Notes: a model not told the origin generated them from the sequence alone. Counted from the stretch's first letter, positions 1 through 13,775 are shown. The stretch: 64,000 nt of DNA from Chlorokybus atmophyticus (GCA_009103225.1 RHPI01000733.1:40523-104522); one strand, 5' to 3'. Program-made: numbers and translations.

Positions 1-1280
1 CCCCTACCCCTTCCAGGGCGCCACCTACGACGTCCACCAGGACTTAAGGAAAGACCCCATCTCCATGTCCGTCTGAGAGCACGCCGAAGTCTTCAACTAG
101 AAGACTGACAGACTCTTCCGCTACCTCCAAGTCTTTTCTGCCATGGTGATGTCTTTTGCTCACGGCTCCAACGACGTGGTCAACGCTGTTGGACCCTACA
201 CTGCAATCTACCACATCTGGCGCACGGGTTCTGTTAGTTCGAAATTCAGAGTTCCCACATGGATCTTAGCCATGGGCGGTGCGGGTATATGTGTCGGACT
301 TGCTACTTATGGTCATAAGATCATGGTCATATTGAGGGTGAGGACGTCCAATTTGTCCAACATGAGGGGGTTTGTGGTGGAGTTGTCCACAGCAACCGCG
401 GTCGTGTTGGCGTCGAGGTACGGGCTGCCCGTGTCGACAACGCAGACGATCACGGGAGCTATACTGGCCATGGGAATGTTTGAAGGGTGCAAAGGGATCA
501 ACTGGAGGGTCACCCTCCGCATCCTCTTTGGCTGGGTAAGTGACACACGCACAAACTCTTGTTGCCATTGGTCAGGACACCCCCCACCCAACCCAACTCA
601 CCAACCCACCTGTTCTTGTTGTTGTCATTAGCGCTGTTGCTGTTGTAGGACGTGGGCCAAGATGTGTCTGCGCGCGTGTGCGTACACTTGCATGCGCATG
701 CGTGTTTACGTGTGGGCATGCATTTGGCTGTACGCGTATGTGTGTTTTAGGGCTCTGCACGAGTGTGGCACACTCTCCTAACTACTACTGTGTATACAAC
801 ACGTGGCAGGTTCTGACCATTGTCGTCGCCGGCTTTGTAGCTGCCGGATTCACTGCTTGGGTAAGGCAGCCAGGCAGCCAGGCAGGCACACTGCGTGTGT
901 GAGTTGAGTTGACAACTCACACACGCACACCTTGCCAACACACTGAATTGTAAGCCACACGCCATGCACACACGCGCGCACAACTATACTCTCTTTGTGT
1001 CTCTCTCCCACAGGGCGTCTATTCCCCCAGCAAGCTCCAGTCCGACGACCTCTTCTTCACCACTTCCTTCCTCACCGTTGGCGCCACCAATCTCCTCAAG
1101 GCAGCCAACGCATCCGGCCACGCCAACACGACAGCGCTAACCCTCGCGGCATCTACGCTCAAAGCGCTCGGGCCGCCCGCTGTTGCCTCGCAGGCGCCGC
1201 GACTTACTGTTGGAGCGTTCAACACAAGCTTTGAGTTGTATGCGAATGCATCATATGTGCACCCCGTGCCCGGGATGTGA
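1..1280 (+). pseudogene. PiT/PHO4-family (PTB-like) phosphate transporter, 3' part; probably a pseudogene
   Basis: Second PHO4 motif LFRYLQVFSAMVMSFAHGSNDVVNAVGP and LPVSTTQTITGA. Exons <1-535, 810-860 and 1014-1280 join in phase 0 with GT-AG sites. Two in-frame stops lie in the coding frame (TGA 74-76, TAG 98-100). Confidence 0.8.
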
Positions 1281-1577
1281 GCGCGTGTACATACAACGTG
1301 CGTGTGCGTGGTTGTTAGTGTGAGTGTGGCTTGAATGTTGACCAAACTTGTTCGTGTTGCGGTAAGTGTTTGTGTGAACCTGTTTTGTACATATTATGCA
1401 GTACGGTGTTGCAGCAGTCTGCAGTATGTTGCGGGACGTAGTGACCCGTCATGTATGCTTGGGGTGGCGTAGCTATAGCATTGCTTGTGCTGCCTTGTGT
1501 TGATACCGAGTGACGTGTAGCATGTTGCTGACATGCGACAGGACATGCGTATTTCACAACAACACGCACAAGCCCCC

Positions 1578-1911
1578 NNNNNNNNNNNNNNNNNNNNNNN
1601 NNNNNNNNNNNNNNNNNNNNNNNNNNNNNNNNNNNNNNNNNNNNNNNNNNNNNNNNNNNNNNNNNNNNNNNNNNNNNNNNNNNNNNNNNNNNNNNNNNNN
1701 NNNNNNNNNNNNNNNNNNNNNNNNNNNNNNNNNNNNNNNNNNNNNNNNNNNNNNNNNNNNNNNNNNNNNNNNNNNNNNNNNNNNNNNNNNNNNNNNNNNN
1801 NNNNNNNNNNNNNNNNNNNNNNNNNNNNNNNNNNNNNNNNNNNNNNNNNNNNNNNNNNNNNNNNNNNNNNNNNNNNNNNNNNNNNNNNNNNNNNNNNNNN
1901 NNNNNNNNNNN
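1578..1911. other. Assembly gap (334 N) flanked by poly-C
   Basis: Run of N in the sequence. Confidence 0.99.
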
Positions 1912-2339
1912 CCCCCCCCCCCCCCCCCCCCCGCCCCCCGCCGTGCTGCACGCATGCAACTTGAATGCCAACTCTCTGAACACAGATGGTCACTATAACT
2001 CACGTACACTACACCAAGAGTTCTTATCCACCGCAATCAGCCCAAGGATGTTAGCTATACTTTGAGTTGATTACAGGACACCACACAACCATGATCATGT
2101 TGACCATGTTGCCACAGCTACAATATAGGCTTGTACGCTGTAAAAGCAGCACGCTACCACATAGCCAGAAGGTAAAGCCAGCACAAGTGCACCTTACAGA
2201 TAGGGTACAAGTAGAGTTGTGCCGATGTCAATAAGTCCGTTGCTGCTGGAGTTGTCGTGTTCGCAATGCAAGAAAGCACAACGTGGTTGGCTCCCACATT
2301 GGATACACACAAGATCACCTTCACAAGACAGGCTGATGC

Positions 2340-2830
2340 ATTCAACGTGCATGTAACACGTATGGCAGCAACTTTGTCCATAATGATGATAATGGCCCCA
2401 GCTTCCTTGGGATGCCATTATCCACGATTGCCGAAGTGGCCTCGACAAGCTTCCAACTCATTGAGGCTAACGTTGGTCACGGCTTAAACCTCCTCTTGCA
2501 AGCAATGGGCTAAGTGCAAAATTCACGATGCAAACGGTTGCATAGTGAACTCGCTTGAGCATGCTTCAGAATGGCGATGCACTGTTGAGCAAAGCAGACA
2601 GCATGCGTGCTGGCGTGAGCTTGCTTGCCTTTGATTCTGGTGGCAGTGTCGAACTTCCAGCTTGACAATGTTAAACTCTGTCTTCGCCTTGACAGGCTTT
2701 CCGACAGCTGCGTCCTTCACGGCTCCTGCCACTGCGCCTCCACCAAGTGAAGAGACATACCCGCCTGCAACTGGGATTGAGTTATTACTTCTCAATGGTC
2801 CTTTCTTAGAGTCGATGTTCCGACGCCCAG
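2340..2830 (-). pseudogene. Degraded organellar-type ribosomal protein L7/L12 C-terminal-domain relic
   Basis: Fragments in different frames: AVAGAVKDAAVGKPVKAKTEFNIVKLE, EV*AVTNVSLNE, KLVEATSAIVDNGI, PKEAGAIIIIMDKVAA. They recall the L12 consensus KTEFDVKL...KEVRAITGLGLKEAKELVE.AP..VKEGVSKEEA. Stop and frameshifts present. Confidence 0.4.
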
Positions 2831-4636
2831 GACCTGCACACGCGCATGATGCACCATTGTGTTGCTCAAAGTGTTGGCACATTCAATATGGCTAAAGCTG
2901 AGCGTAAGCATTGAGTAATTGTTGACCATTGCAATGGCGCCCCCACAAACTGTGACGATTGCAAATAAACAAAATCAGAAAGGTCGATCAGGTTGGGTAC
3001 TGTGAATGGTGGTTGGCGTGGGGCTGCTGTGAAGTGAGCTGTTGAGGGAGATGGCATTGTTTGGGACATCGGTCCAACGTATGTCACAGACAAAGCTTAC
3101 AGAACAGCGGAGTAGACTCGAGTCTGCTGAGAGGGTAGTGCGTGCGCGTGTGCGTGCCTGGGTGTAGGTGTGGTGAGTGTAGTGAGTGGCATGCGGGTGA
3201 AATACGTCTGCGTAATGTGTATGCGTGTAAGCGTTCCGTGATTATAGGACAACATCTGCACCAAGTTGGCCTGCGGCATGCAAAGCAGCAGCACTCACGC
3301 ACACATACTTGCGTGAGCTTGACGACTGCCAGCAAGGACAGGACAGGGCGCACACTAAGTAGGCGATGGCCTCCATCCTGGTCAGCCTTTCCGGCGTGGC
3401 ATCTCAATTGCCCTCAGAAGGAGGTGGCGGCGACCCCTGCTGCTGCTACTCATCCAGCTGAGCAGGCTTCCCGCCCTCCAACCCTGCCTGAGCGTAGCTG
3501 TGCCATGCAAGCCTGCTACGCTTATGAACGGCACGACATGTGCAGAGAAAGCAGAATGCAGGCAAACAGCAGGGGACCGGATGATCGAGAAAACTCAACA
3601 TACACTCGATACACCGTCCATATCAAACAAAGCTAGAGTGGCCTCCTTGGCCAACCAGTCAACCTGGGTCGTTGATCTGTCAGTAGTCCGTTCACATGGC
3701 AACAACACAACACAACACAACACAACACGCAGAAAGCTGTGCATTTGCGTTTATAGCAGCTGGGGTGTTCAACATACATGCGCATGGAGATACGCTCGTG
3801 CATGCATGTGTGCGCGCCCACACACGCACACGCACATGCCGGCACGCATGTATGTTTGCGTCCTTGCGTGTGTGCACACAATTGCAATAGTCTGAAATTA
3901 TGACTGGTGCACGCTGAACCGTTATACTCCCTTGGTACAATATATCTCTGCAAGCGCCCACGCCCATGCTAGTATATGCGCACACACAATGCTAAGGTGC
4001 AACATCACGTGTATGGCCACTTTGGCTCAGTAACTGGCTGTTCAGCTCAGCGCACATGCACTACCACATGTTGAGCTGTCAGTAGCCATTCATGTGCATG
4101 TGTGCGCACACGCACATGTATTGACATCAAGTTCAATTGCACATGGGTGCGTGCGCACAAAGCTGTCAAGGTGCGTGTTGTGTGTGCACACTGGTTGGCT
4201 TAATCCCTGACAAATCAGCTTATACACACATGTATGCATCTCATGTCAACTGCGTCAGTAATAATGACGAAGACAACAACTGCCGAGACGCCAGTAACGG
4301 CTTTTTCTCAGGCTCCTGCGCAGCCAAACACCAAACAGCACACGCACGCAGAGCAAGCTGAAGAGTGTGGGATTGCGCACAACATGTCAAGGCTGCAGCG
4401 AGCAAAACTGTAGCTAAGAATGCAAACAAAGCAGTCCATCAAAACACTGCTTACCTGTCGTTGCATGCACAAGGCGGTGAAGAACATACAACACACCCCT
4501 CCTCCGCCTCCTCCTCCGCGTTCCTCTTTTCTTCCTCCGCCACCACGTTCCGAGCCACGTCCTCCGCCACCACCTTCTCGCCCGCCTCCACCACCGCCGC
4601 CGCCTGATCGCTGAAGCAATACCTGCATAGCCAACA

Positions 4637-5659
4637 ATGTGCATGACGCTGGCGATGTCGCCGGTGTGGGCGGCGCCAGGGGCGGCGGCGGCTGCTTCGT
4701 GGGTGACAGCGTTGCGGCCGGGAAGCAGGAGCTTGATAAGGAAGACGCCAGGGAGGAGGACGGCGACAACCATGGCTACGGCGGCGGCGGCGCAGACAAC
4801 GGGCCGGAAGACCAGGAGCATGCCGCAGGAGATGATCTACGGGACGGCCTGGAAGAAGGAGGCGACGGAGGAGCTGGTTGTCCAGGCTGTGGCCGCCGGC
4901 TTCAGGGGTGTTGACACTGCTTGCCAGCCGAAGCACTACCGTGAAGACCTGGTTGGGGCGGCCGTGGCCAGGCTGGTCTCCATGAGCAAGGAGGAGGGCG
5001 GCGTCCCCAGGGAGGAGCTGTACCTCCAGACGAAGTTCACGTCTTTGGATGGGCAGGACGTCCGCAAGCCTATCCCTTATGACGCCGCCGCCCCAGTGCA
5101 GGAGCAGGTGCGTCAGTCCATCGCCGCCTCCCTGGCCAACCTGCGCACAGACTACCTGGACGCCGTGCTGCTGCACAGCCCCCTGCGCACGGAGGCGGCG
5201 ACTGTGGCCGCCTGGGCCGCCCTGGAGGAGGAGGTCGCCGCCGGGAGGATCCTCCGCCTGGGCATCAGCAACATCTACGACGTCCGCCTCCTCCGCCGCC
5301 TCCACGACAGCGCCGCCCGGGTCAAGCCCAGCCTGGTTCAGAACCGCTTCTACCAGGCCACGGCCTGGGACAAGGACGTCCGCCAATTCTGCGCCGACCA
5401 CGGCATGGCCTACCAGAGCTTCTGGACGCTCACGGGCAACCCGGACATCCTCGCCAGCCGTGCCCTCAACCAGGCCGCCGCCGCCAGGGGATGGACGCCA
5501 GCCCAGGCCATGTACAAGTTCGTTCAGCAGCTGGGCGTCACACCGCTCAATGGCACCACCAACAAGGCCCACATGGCTCAGGACCTCGCTGTTGCTGCCG
5601 GCTCGGACCTCACGCAGGAGGAGCTTGCTGCCCTCAAAGCCCTTATCAACGAGCAGTGA
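4637..5659 (+). CDS. Aldo-keto reductase (single exon)
   Basis: Open 340-codon GC3-rich ORF with AKR motifs MIYGTAWKK, GFRGVDTACQPKHYRE, REELYLQTKF, LRTDYLDAVLLHSP, LGISNIY, VQNRFY. The start codon is uncertain (4637 or a downstream ATG). Confidence 0.9.
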   Translation: MCMTLAMSPVWAAPGAAAAASWVTALRPGSRSLIRKTPGRRTATTMATAAAAQTTGRKTRSMPQEMIYGTAWKKEATEELVVQAVAAGFRGVDTACQPKHYREDLVGAAVARLVSMSKEEGGVPREELYLQTKFTSLDGQDVRKPIPYDAAAPVQEQVRQSIAASLANLRTDYLDAVLLHSPLRTEAATVAAWAALEEEVAAGRILRLGISNIYDVRLLRRLHDSAARVKPSLVQNRFYQATAWDKDVRQFCADHGMAYQSFWTLTGNPDILASRALNQAAAARGWTPAQAMYKFVQQLGVTPLNGTTNKAHMAQDLAVAAGSDLTQEELAALKALINEQ

Positions 5660-7481
5660 GACGATGACGAGGAGGATGTTATCACGAAGAATAACAACAA
5701 TGAGGCTGGAAGGACAACAACAGCAACAAGGAGGAGGCTTCTTTGTACGTCATGGTGCACCTGGTGAGTGATGGTTATGTGTCACGGGCAAGTGTTTGCG
5801 CGCATGCATGGCACAGCTCATCAACTAGATGCATGGCTGGATGACTTGCATGCTCGCATGTATACGCATAAGCACGCTCACTTGCTTGGAAGTGTATATA
5901 AGGGGTATGGTACGGTGTGCCTGCCCACTGGCTTGTTTACTCCTTGTTGCATGCGGGCATCTATGTGTCTGTGATACTGCTTATGCTGGTGCATGTGACA
6001 CATACGGGCTGTGTTTCACTACTGGCTCCGTTTGTCCGTGGTTGCTGATTATTGCTGTTGTTGACAGTGTGCCGGTAGGGGAGGCATCCAAGCAGTAGTG
6101 TACACTAGGAGGTTTAGATGCGCAGTTGTTTTGGATAGAAGATCATGATGTGTACATGTGTGTCTGCATGCGCGGACGTGTTGGGGATCAAAGACAGTTG
6201 TGTACATGAGCGGTGCATCAGCGATCAGTAGGAGTGAAGAGGGCCCGTTGGGCTGCTGTTGAAACAACCAGTGTTATAAAACTTCATGACTGTGTGTTTG
6301 GCAGTTGCTGCATGATTTCAGACTTCTGCTTGCAACCTTGGAGTATGGTAGTCACAGACATTAAGTAGTCTTCTCCCCATCAGCTACCGGTTGTTTGGTT
6401 GTGGTAAATTGTGTTGTTGTTGCAAGCATGTGTTGCATATGACAGCGTCAATTATGCATGCGCTACCGGGCTGTGGCTCCATGCAATGATTCTTAACACT
6501 AACATTTATACAGAAAACAGACGCACAACATTTTTATATAAACCCCAACAAGTGTCCCAAGTTACCGGCGTGTCTGCCACAACGCTACACGCGCAGCACA
6601 GGTCACTACTAACACTGGGTTAATTGTGAACAAGAAGCAGTGACCTGAAAAGCAGTGCCTTGCAAACATCCTCAAAACAGAACAAAGCTCCTGACGGAGA
6701 ACGTTGGATTGGATGCCCGTGCTGACATAAACTTATGGAATGACACAGAGCAGAAATGGTTAACACAGCTGCGTCATGAGACCGCAGCTGGGACCAAAGC
6801 CTTGACAGAGAGCAGGGATGCCTGTGCTAAAATATACAGTTTACGACACAAATCTGATACAGAACTGGCTGACATACTTGCGTCATGAGATTGCAGCTGT
6901 GTTTACGTTCCATGTGTGTACACAAGTCATAGTGTTCCTGACTTATTCTCAAAGAAGGCTTGGATGAACTGCTTCCACAGTAACTTGTGAGCAGCCAGCT
7001 GGAACCCACGATTGGTGACAAAGCAATGATTAGGTAGCATGAATGTAGGCATGCTTGAAAACGAACTAACTGTTCCCTGTGCATGAGTATGCACAACAAC
7101 CAAACGCCAAACAGCACATCAACCAAACACAAGCCGTAAAGCTTTTGTAACTTTTACACAAAAGGTTCTTAGCTGGAGTCTACCTTACACAGGCACAACG
7201 CAAACAGCCACCACTGACTCCGCCTCCCTTACCGCCGCCGCCGCCCCCAAGCTTACGGCTAAGCCACCACCTCCAAGCCTGATGCAAGCTTGATGTCATG
7301 GCCAATATGGCCAAGCATTCAGTGCAGGCTTGCGCACTGCGCGGCACTGCTGAACGCCGCGGCAGGGCATCGCTAGCTTAATGGATAACGCTGAGTTTGA
7401 AGGAGTGTGTGCATGCTTAATCCTGCCGCCAGTGGTGTTGTCGTCGTCGTCGGCGGCGGTGTTCTTGTCGGAGGCGGAGTC

Positions 7482-10400
7482 ATGGCTGAAGCGGGAGGAG
7501 GAGACATCGTCACCGTCGCGCTGGACTGGACGCCCAACACCAACCATACTGGCTTCTTCGTGGCGCAGGTGAGGGCGAGTGAAGAGGGGAAGAGAGAGGT
7601 GTCGGCAATGCAAACAGCTGCCACCAGCATGCTCAATTACCTGTTGTAGTCTTCTTCCACATTTGTAGTCCAGACATCCGTGTCTCTTGCAACTTCACAA
7701 CTTTACTTGCATATAATTGAGGTGCAGTACACAAGCATGATTGGACATGCAGGCCAAGGGGTTGTATGAGAGGGAGGGGCTGAGGGTGCAGCTAATAAGC
7801 CCGCACGAGGACGAGTACAAGGCGACGCCTGCTTCGAGAGTCGACACAGGCCAAGCACGTGAGTGTTTGTATTTACATTATGCGTGTGAATTGCACAATG
7901 AATGAAAATGTACCATTACATGCATGCATGCATGTGCATTGTTTGATGTGTTGATTGTGCAGAGAATATACGCGCACACATAGGTTTTGCACGTTGCTGC
8001 ATATATGCATGCTTGTGGTATAGTGCAATGAATATTGTGTGTATACGCAATGCGTGCCAATTGCAAAATCTACCTCAGCTCACATCATGCAAGTATGCTA
8101 GCGTCAGTTTGCATGCATGTATGCTTGCATAAGTATCCACCGCTACACTTTGTCCGCTTGCCCATACTTGTCGAGCATGCCGTTATGGATCCCAGTGAAA
8201 CAAAACGAAGAACACATGTGGTTAGTCATCAGCTCAGTGACATGTTGTGGTTTTATCAAGTCCAGTTGTGGTCCAGAGAGTCTCTCAATCATATATGATG
8301 CTTAGACGCTGATGCTCGATCGCTGCACCTTCCTCCAGCACAACAAGCTATACTCTGATTCATAATTATAAGCCCACTTTTGTACACCCACACGAAATGA
8401 GCGGGGGCACACGCTCGCGCGTAGGCGTGCGCGCGTGCAAATACGCGAACGCCGCTTCATGAACTAATATACACACCTGTGCGTGCATATCCTTGTATAT
8501 GTTGCATTGTGATTCTGAAACCGTACTCGTTGCTTGCAGATTTTGCCATCTCTCCGTCTGAGACGGTCATCAGCTACCGCACGCAGCCAAAAGACTCGTC
8601 CAAGTCACCTCTCATTGCCGTCGCGGCCATCCTGCAGACAGACACATCCGCGATCGGTATGTCATCAATACTGTCTTGTGTGCACACGCACACAAAACAT
8701 ACGCACATCCTTGTGCGTATGCGTATGCGTATGCGTGTGTGTCCATGGTGTGTGTCATCTTTGTCTAAAGCATGTGTGGCTGTCTTTGTTGTATGTTGAC
8801 AGTGACTCTCAAGTCTTCTGGAAAGTCAAGACCGCGTGACTTGGACGGTGCAAAGTACGCTTCATATGGCGCACGATTTGAGGGCCGCATTGTACAGGTA
8901 CTATACAGTGGTTACTGTACGCGCCTATTGCGATAGTCACCGTGAGTACTATAGTGCCATGAATTGTCTGGTTTGTATGATTTATGCGTCCTGTTGTTTA
9001 ACATATAGACTATGTCCTTATCAAGATAACCCTCTTTGAAACACAATGTCATGCACTGCACATGCGCTTTGTTCTGCACAACAAGTTGTTCTCATGTGCG
9101 CACAATACACGGCACAACAACACTCTACTTGTTGCTGTATATGTACATACACGCTTTCACATGAGCCTGTTGTACTGCACCTTTCCGAGCTGTGTGGTGT
9201 GTGTGTGATGATGATGACCAGTTTGATTATGTATCAATCTTTGGCTGAAGTAGGAGTTGATACGGGCGGACGGGGGCAAGGGCGAGTATGAGGAGGTGGC
9301 GCTGCCGATGCTGGGCATCTGGAACACCGCTCTCAAGGGGCGGGCTGATGCCACATGGTAATGGCGACTGTCATAGATAAGCAATGCATGTGAATGAATG
9401 CTGGTTGTTACGATTTATGGTTACCATATGACAGTCAGATTGTGTACGTGAATGCACGTATACATGCATGTACATATACACACGTGGGAACACGCACACA
9501 GGCCAGCGCGCGCATGCTCACATGAGTTACTTACACGTGCACGCACGCAGGCGCGTGAGTGTGTGTGCTGATCAGCGTACATATGGACATATGTGTGTGC
9601 GTGTATCCAAAGCATGCATACACACATGCACGTGCATGTAGACGCACACATGTATGCATCCACGTGTATACGTACATGTGTATACAAGTTTGCGTATGCT
9701 GACCACAGACAACTGTTTTCCGTCTGTGCATACTCATGCACAGACTCTGACCTGCACACTGGACCACTCATGTGTACTCTCATCAGACTTACACAAAGTC
9801 GTGGATGTACTTTGCACGCATACCGGTATAATAGCACACGCATACATACATGATAGTTTAGTAGTTTGCACCCATGTACTTGGACGTATACATACGTGTT
9901 ACAGACATGTCAGTGCATGTTCACATGCATCCATTCCATCACGTGCACATACCACGTGTACACGCATCAACACCTTTTTATGCAGGGTGTTTGAGGGTTG
10001 GGAAGGAATTGAGGCGAGGCGTGCCGGCGTGGAGCTGAATTACTTTAGACTAGGAGAATACAAGTAAGTGTCGTGTTGCATAGCGTGGTGTGCTCGGCGG
10101 GAATGTATAACGTGTGTGTCACGTTGTGTTTGCAGCATTCCATATGGATATTCCCCGGTCCTTGTGGCCAAATCCACCTTGCTCAGGTACACACACTCAT
10201 GTATGCGCACATGCACACGCGCGCACGCACGCACACGCTTGCACGCGCACCTTTGCAAGCCGATGCACACATACGCACACATGCAGTGCACACGCGCACA
10301 CATGCATGTGCAGAAGGGTGGACTGTACGCACACGCCCACAGACATGCACGCATGCGATGTGACTCAAATTCTGTTCAACAGCTTTGAATTGATGGGGTA

Positions 10401-10723
10401 AAGGCCTCTTGACATCATACTTGCTTGTATTCTCCATTTGCCAATCGCATCAACATTTCATGCGTAGTGATAAGCCAGACTTGGTGAAGCGGTTCCTGAA
10501 GGCCACTGCTGAAGGCTTCCAGTTCGCTGCGTCAAACCCCTCAGAAGCTGCCAGCATACTTGTGGTAAGTGTCATGAAACTAAGCCTACAAGCAAGTTCG
10601 CATTATAGACATATACATACATGTACACGTGTATACGCACATACAAATGCATGAACATATAGAGTATCCAGTACATGCACGCACGTGCAGCGGTTGTTTA
10701 TCTGATTGTAGTATCAGTATGTG

Positions 10724-10755
<32 letters not shown>

Positions 10756-11538
10756 TGTGCGTGTGCGTGTGCGTGTGCGCGCGCGCGCGCGTGTGTATGC
10801 ACACACGCATACACGTGTACATGTATGATAATCGCATACACGCTCGTGTTGTAGGTTGTACACGTAGACATATACGTACATGCTGCATTCATGCGTTGCT
10901 TATGTAATATGCATATGCAGAGTGGCGCAGCAGAGCAGTTCGAGTCTTCATCAGCGCCGCTCGCTCCGTTGGATTTGAACCTTGTAAGGGAGTCGCAGGA
11001 GTTTCTGGCGAAGCATATGCTGAATGGTCAGGGCAAGTGGGGCCTCATGAACAAAGACAGGTAAGAGAGTTGTTGATGATGATTCCGTTGTCCTCATTAT
11101 AAGGTTGTTCTTCAATGCGTCTGTGGACTAGAAAGGTTTGTACTCTGTGTTTGTGTTGTTGTGTGATGCAGATGGGATGCGTACCTAGATTGGCTGTCAG
11201 ACCACAAGTTGTTAACGACTTACATTCAGGTACGCTCATCATTGATGCGCATACGCTCGTACACACACGCACATGCACAGGCACATGCGCACGCACACGT
11301 ACGTATGAGGCAAGCGATGTGCATCTACTTTTGCTCCATGTGTATGCGCGAATAACGTTGTCTATTGCTGTGCTTAACTCCTGATGTTTGGGCTTCATCC
11401 TCGGTGCAGTCTCGCAATCCTGTTGACGGAGTCAGTGCCTCACTTGACGAATTGCGCCGCGGTGTCGCCGGTGATATCATCCCAAGGAGTGATATGAACT
11501 CAACCGACCTGTTTACCAGCGACTTTCTGCCACAATAA
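7482..11538 (+). CDS. NMT1/THI5-like (periplasmic-binding-fold, thiamine-related) protein, 11 exons
   Basis: VALDWTPNTNHTGFFVAQ, YASYGARFEGRIVQ, ADATWVFEGWEG, YGYSPVL, FLKATAEGF. Phase-consistent exons: 7482-7568, 7753-7858, 8540-8656, 8803-8897, 9254-9357, 9986-10063, 10136-10186, 10468-10564, 10921-11060, 11172-11229, 11410-11538 (TAA). Confidence 0.88.
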
Positions 11539-13310
11539 GAAAGGGAATGCGGCTCGCTTAGTTGATTACTTCTTTGGGGCACTTGATTAGTTGTGACGGT
11601 TGTACGTTATAGCGTAGCATGCCACAATTTTTGGCAACAACCGTTGCACTGACGAGGAGGCCTTCCGGTTGATGAGTTTGCTATAATGGCTCTTTTCTCA
11701 GATGGCTCAGGTGTTTTGTCAAGCCAACGTGAAGTGAAGGTGTGTGTAGCTACTGATGTTGGTTACTGCGTGCATGTGCTTATCCCAATCTTTGTACAAA
11801 GTTATGCGCGGTCATAAGGACACATGACAGCTGTGTATGGTATTCTTGCTACGAGCACATCCTACCATATTGTGATGATGCACTTCTACCTGACCATGTA
11901 CATGCTACTAGGTGCCTAAATAACAACTATTGTTGTATGGGTTTGTTGTTGTGAGTGACATCTTGTCATGGAGTGCGCAAGTCTCACAACGTGGTGTTCA
12001 GCTCCAGAAGGGCGATTCGCTATATGTCATTGAAGTAAATACATCAATGGCAAGGCTGTGCTTGTCACGAGCACACGGTGTACATGCACATGCACATGTG
12101 CAAGCACGAAGACATGCACAAGCAGGTGCATCATGTTGTGTTGTTCTCATTTTGCTCAGCTAAGCACGGACGCGAGCAGGGTCTATTTTGCGCTTACCAA
12201 GGCCTCTTGTCCTTGTGTCTCTGCACAATGGCAATCGCATTGAAAAATAGTGTTTGACAGTCTGAGTGTGTGTGCGCCTTGGTCTGGTACATCTCATGCT
12301 TGCTATACACAACTTGTGTAGCAAGCATGAGATGCACACGCACACGCACATTTGCGCGAGATAGCGCAGCTAGAGACGTGCGCACGCACGCATAACTCTT
12401 TCTGCATTGCGCGCGTGCATACGCACACGCAAACGCACACGCGCACGTATCTGGTGCTGCTGCCGACACTTATCAGTGCCAGCAGGGCGAGGAGGGACCA
12501 CATGTGTGGCGTACCCATTGTGTACATACCTTCCCACGCAGCTTGGCTGAGATGAAAGGCACAATTGGGAGCGTCAAAGCTGGGAACAGCTGTCCGCATA
12601 TACACCGCTGCTGCAGACACCAGCCAACTATGAAGCTTATGCATGGCTCCCCCCTTTCTCAGCACGGTTTTGTAGAAGAGGAACACTTACTGCATAACAT
12701 GGACAGAGAAGACTGATGTCTGATCTGGCATGCAAGTGAAGCCAAGCACCAATACCAAGCCAACCATGCACGCAGGACAGACCGATCTGGCAAGCATGCA
12801 AGCAGCTGTCCCGACCGCTTCATTGCTTGCTCTCGCCAACTCACAAGATGCAAGAGGCAAGCAAGTTAAGCAACACGCAGCTTGCTAGGTGTGCTGCGTG
12901 TGTTGTTCTATGATGCATGTGCAGACACATGCATCAGTTGTGCGTACACAGCAGCATTACTAAACACGCATCCGTGTGACTTTGTGCATTGTGCAGCGTG
13001 CACACAAACTACATACCCGCTGCACATACAAGATGCTTCGTGCTGTTACAGTCAAACGCAGAAGTGGATTGGCTGGACACAGAGTTCTGAGTACAATGTT
13101 TACCAAAAGAGTCACAGAACTATGCTTTGTTGTGCAGTGTTCGAGACTGATACCATGCCACTCACAAACAGTGGACTCATTGCCCTACAGGGTGAGCCCT
13201 TTTCAACTACTATTGCTTGTTTGTCCAAAGCCAAAGTCCACAAGGACAAGACAGCTGCGACATGCTTGTGTACCGGCCAGCACACGGCAGCCATTGTGCT
13301 GGGAATGCTC

Positions 13311-13775
13311 TCACACTGCATTGTCGCAATAGACAAACGAAACGCCCACGGTGACAGGCGCGGACCACAGGTTGTTGTTGGACCAGGTGCATACGGCAGC
13401 TTCGTAGAAGTTGGAGATCAAAGATTCAAGCAGAGCAACGCCCGGTGGTGCCGATGAAGCTTTGTTGCATGTGACCTGCACGGCCTTTCCGGAGCTCTTA
13501 TCGCTAGGCTTGGCCAGAATGATGTTGGCTGTGCTTCCGTTGAAGCTATAGGCAGCCTCAAAGTAGTAGCTGGAACATCCTTCTGCCGCCAGTGACTGAG
13601 GCACTGGAATACACGATGGGGAGCTGCCTGCTGCGGAGCATGGATCGGCGAGGACGTCGAAATAGATGTCCGTCAACGTGGTCGCTGGCCTGCAGGTGCT
13701 CGTGGTGGTGGCATGAACACCCGCAAGTCCTGTTGTCAGCATAATGGCAGCTGCCAGCAGCAGCGCCGTCTTCAT
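13311..13775 (-). CDS. Small secreted protein of unknown function (154 aa, 7 Cys)
   Basis: Open ORF starting with the signal-peptide-like MKTALLLAAAIMLTTGLAGVHA; non-repetitive composition, unlike the surrounding intron-like DNA. Confidence 0.5.
   Translation of the reverse strand: MKTALLLAAAIMLTTGLAGVHATTTSTCRPATTLTDIYFDVLADPCSAAGSSPSCIPVPQSLAAEGCSSYYFEAAYSFNGSTANIILAKPSDKSSGKAVQVTCNKASSAPPGVALLESLISNFYEAAVCTWSNNNLWSAPVTVGVSFVYCDNAV

Noticed and set aside
4451-5572. 373-aa minus-strand ORF and 240-aa alternative-frame ORF
   Set aside because: Shadows of the GC3-rich AKR coding sequence.
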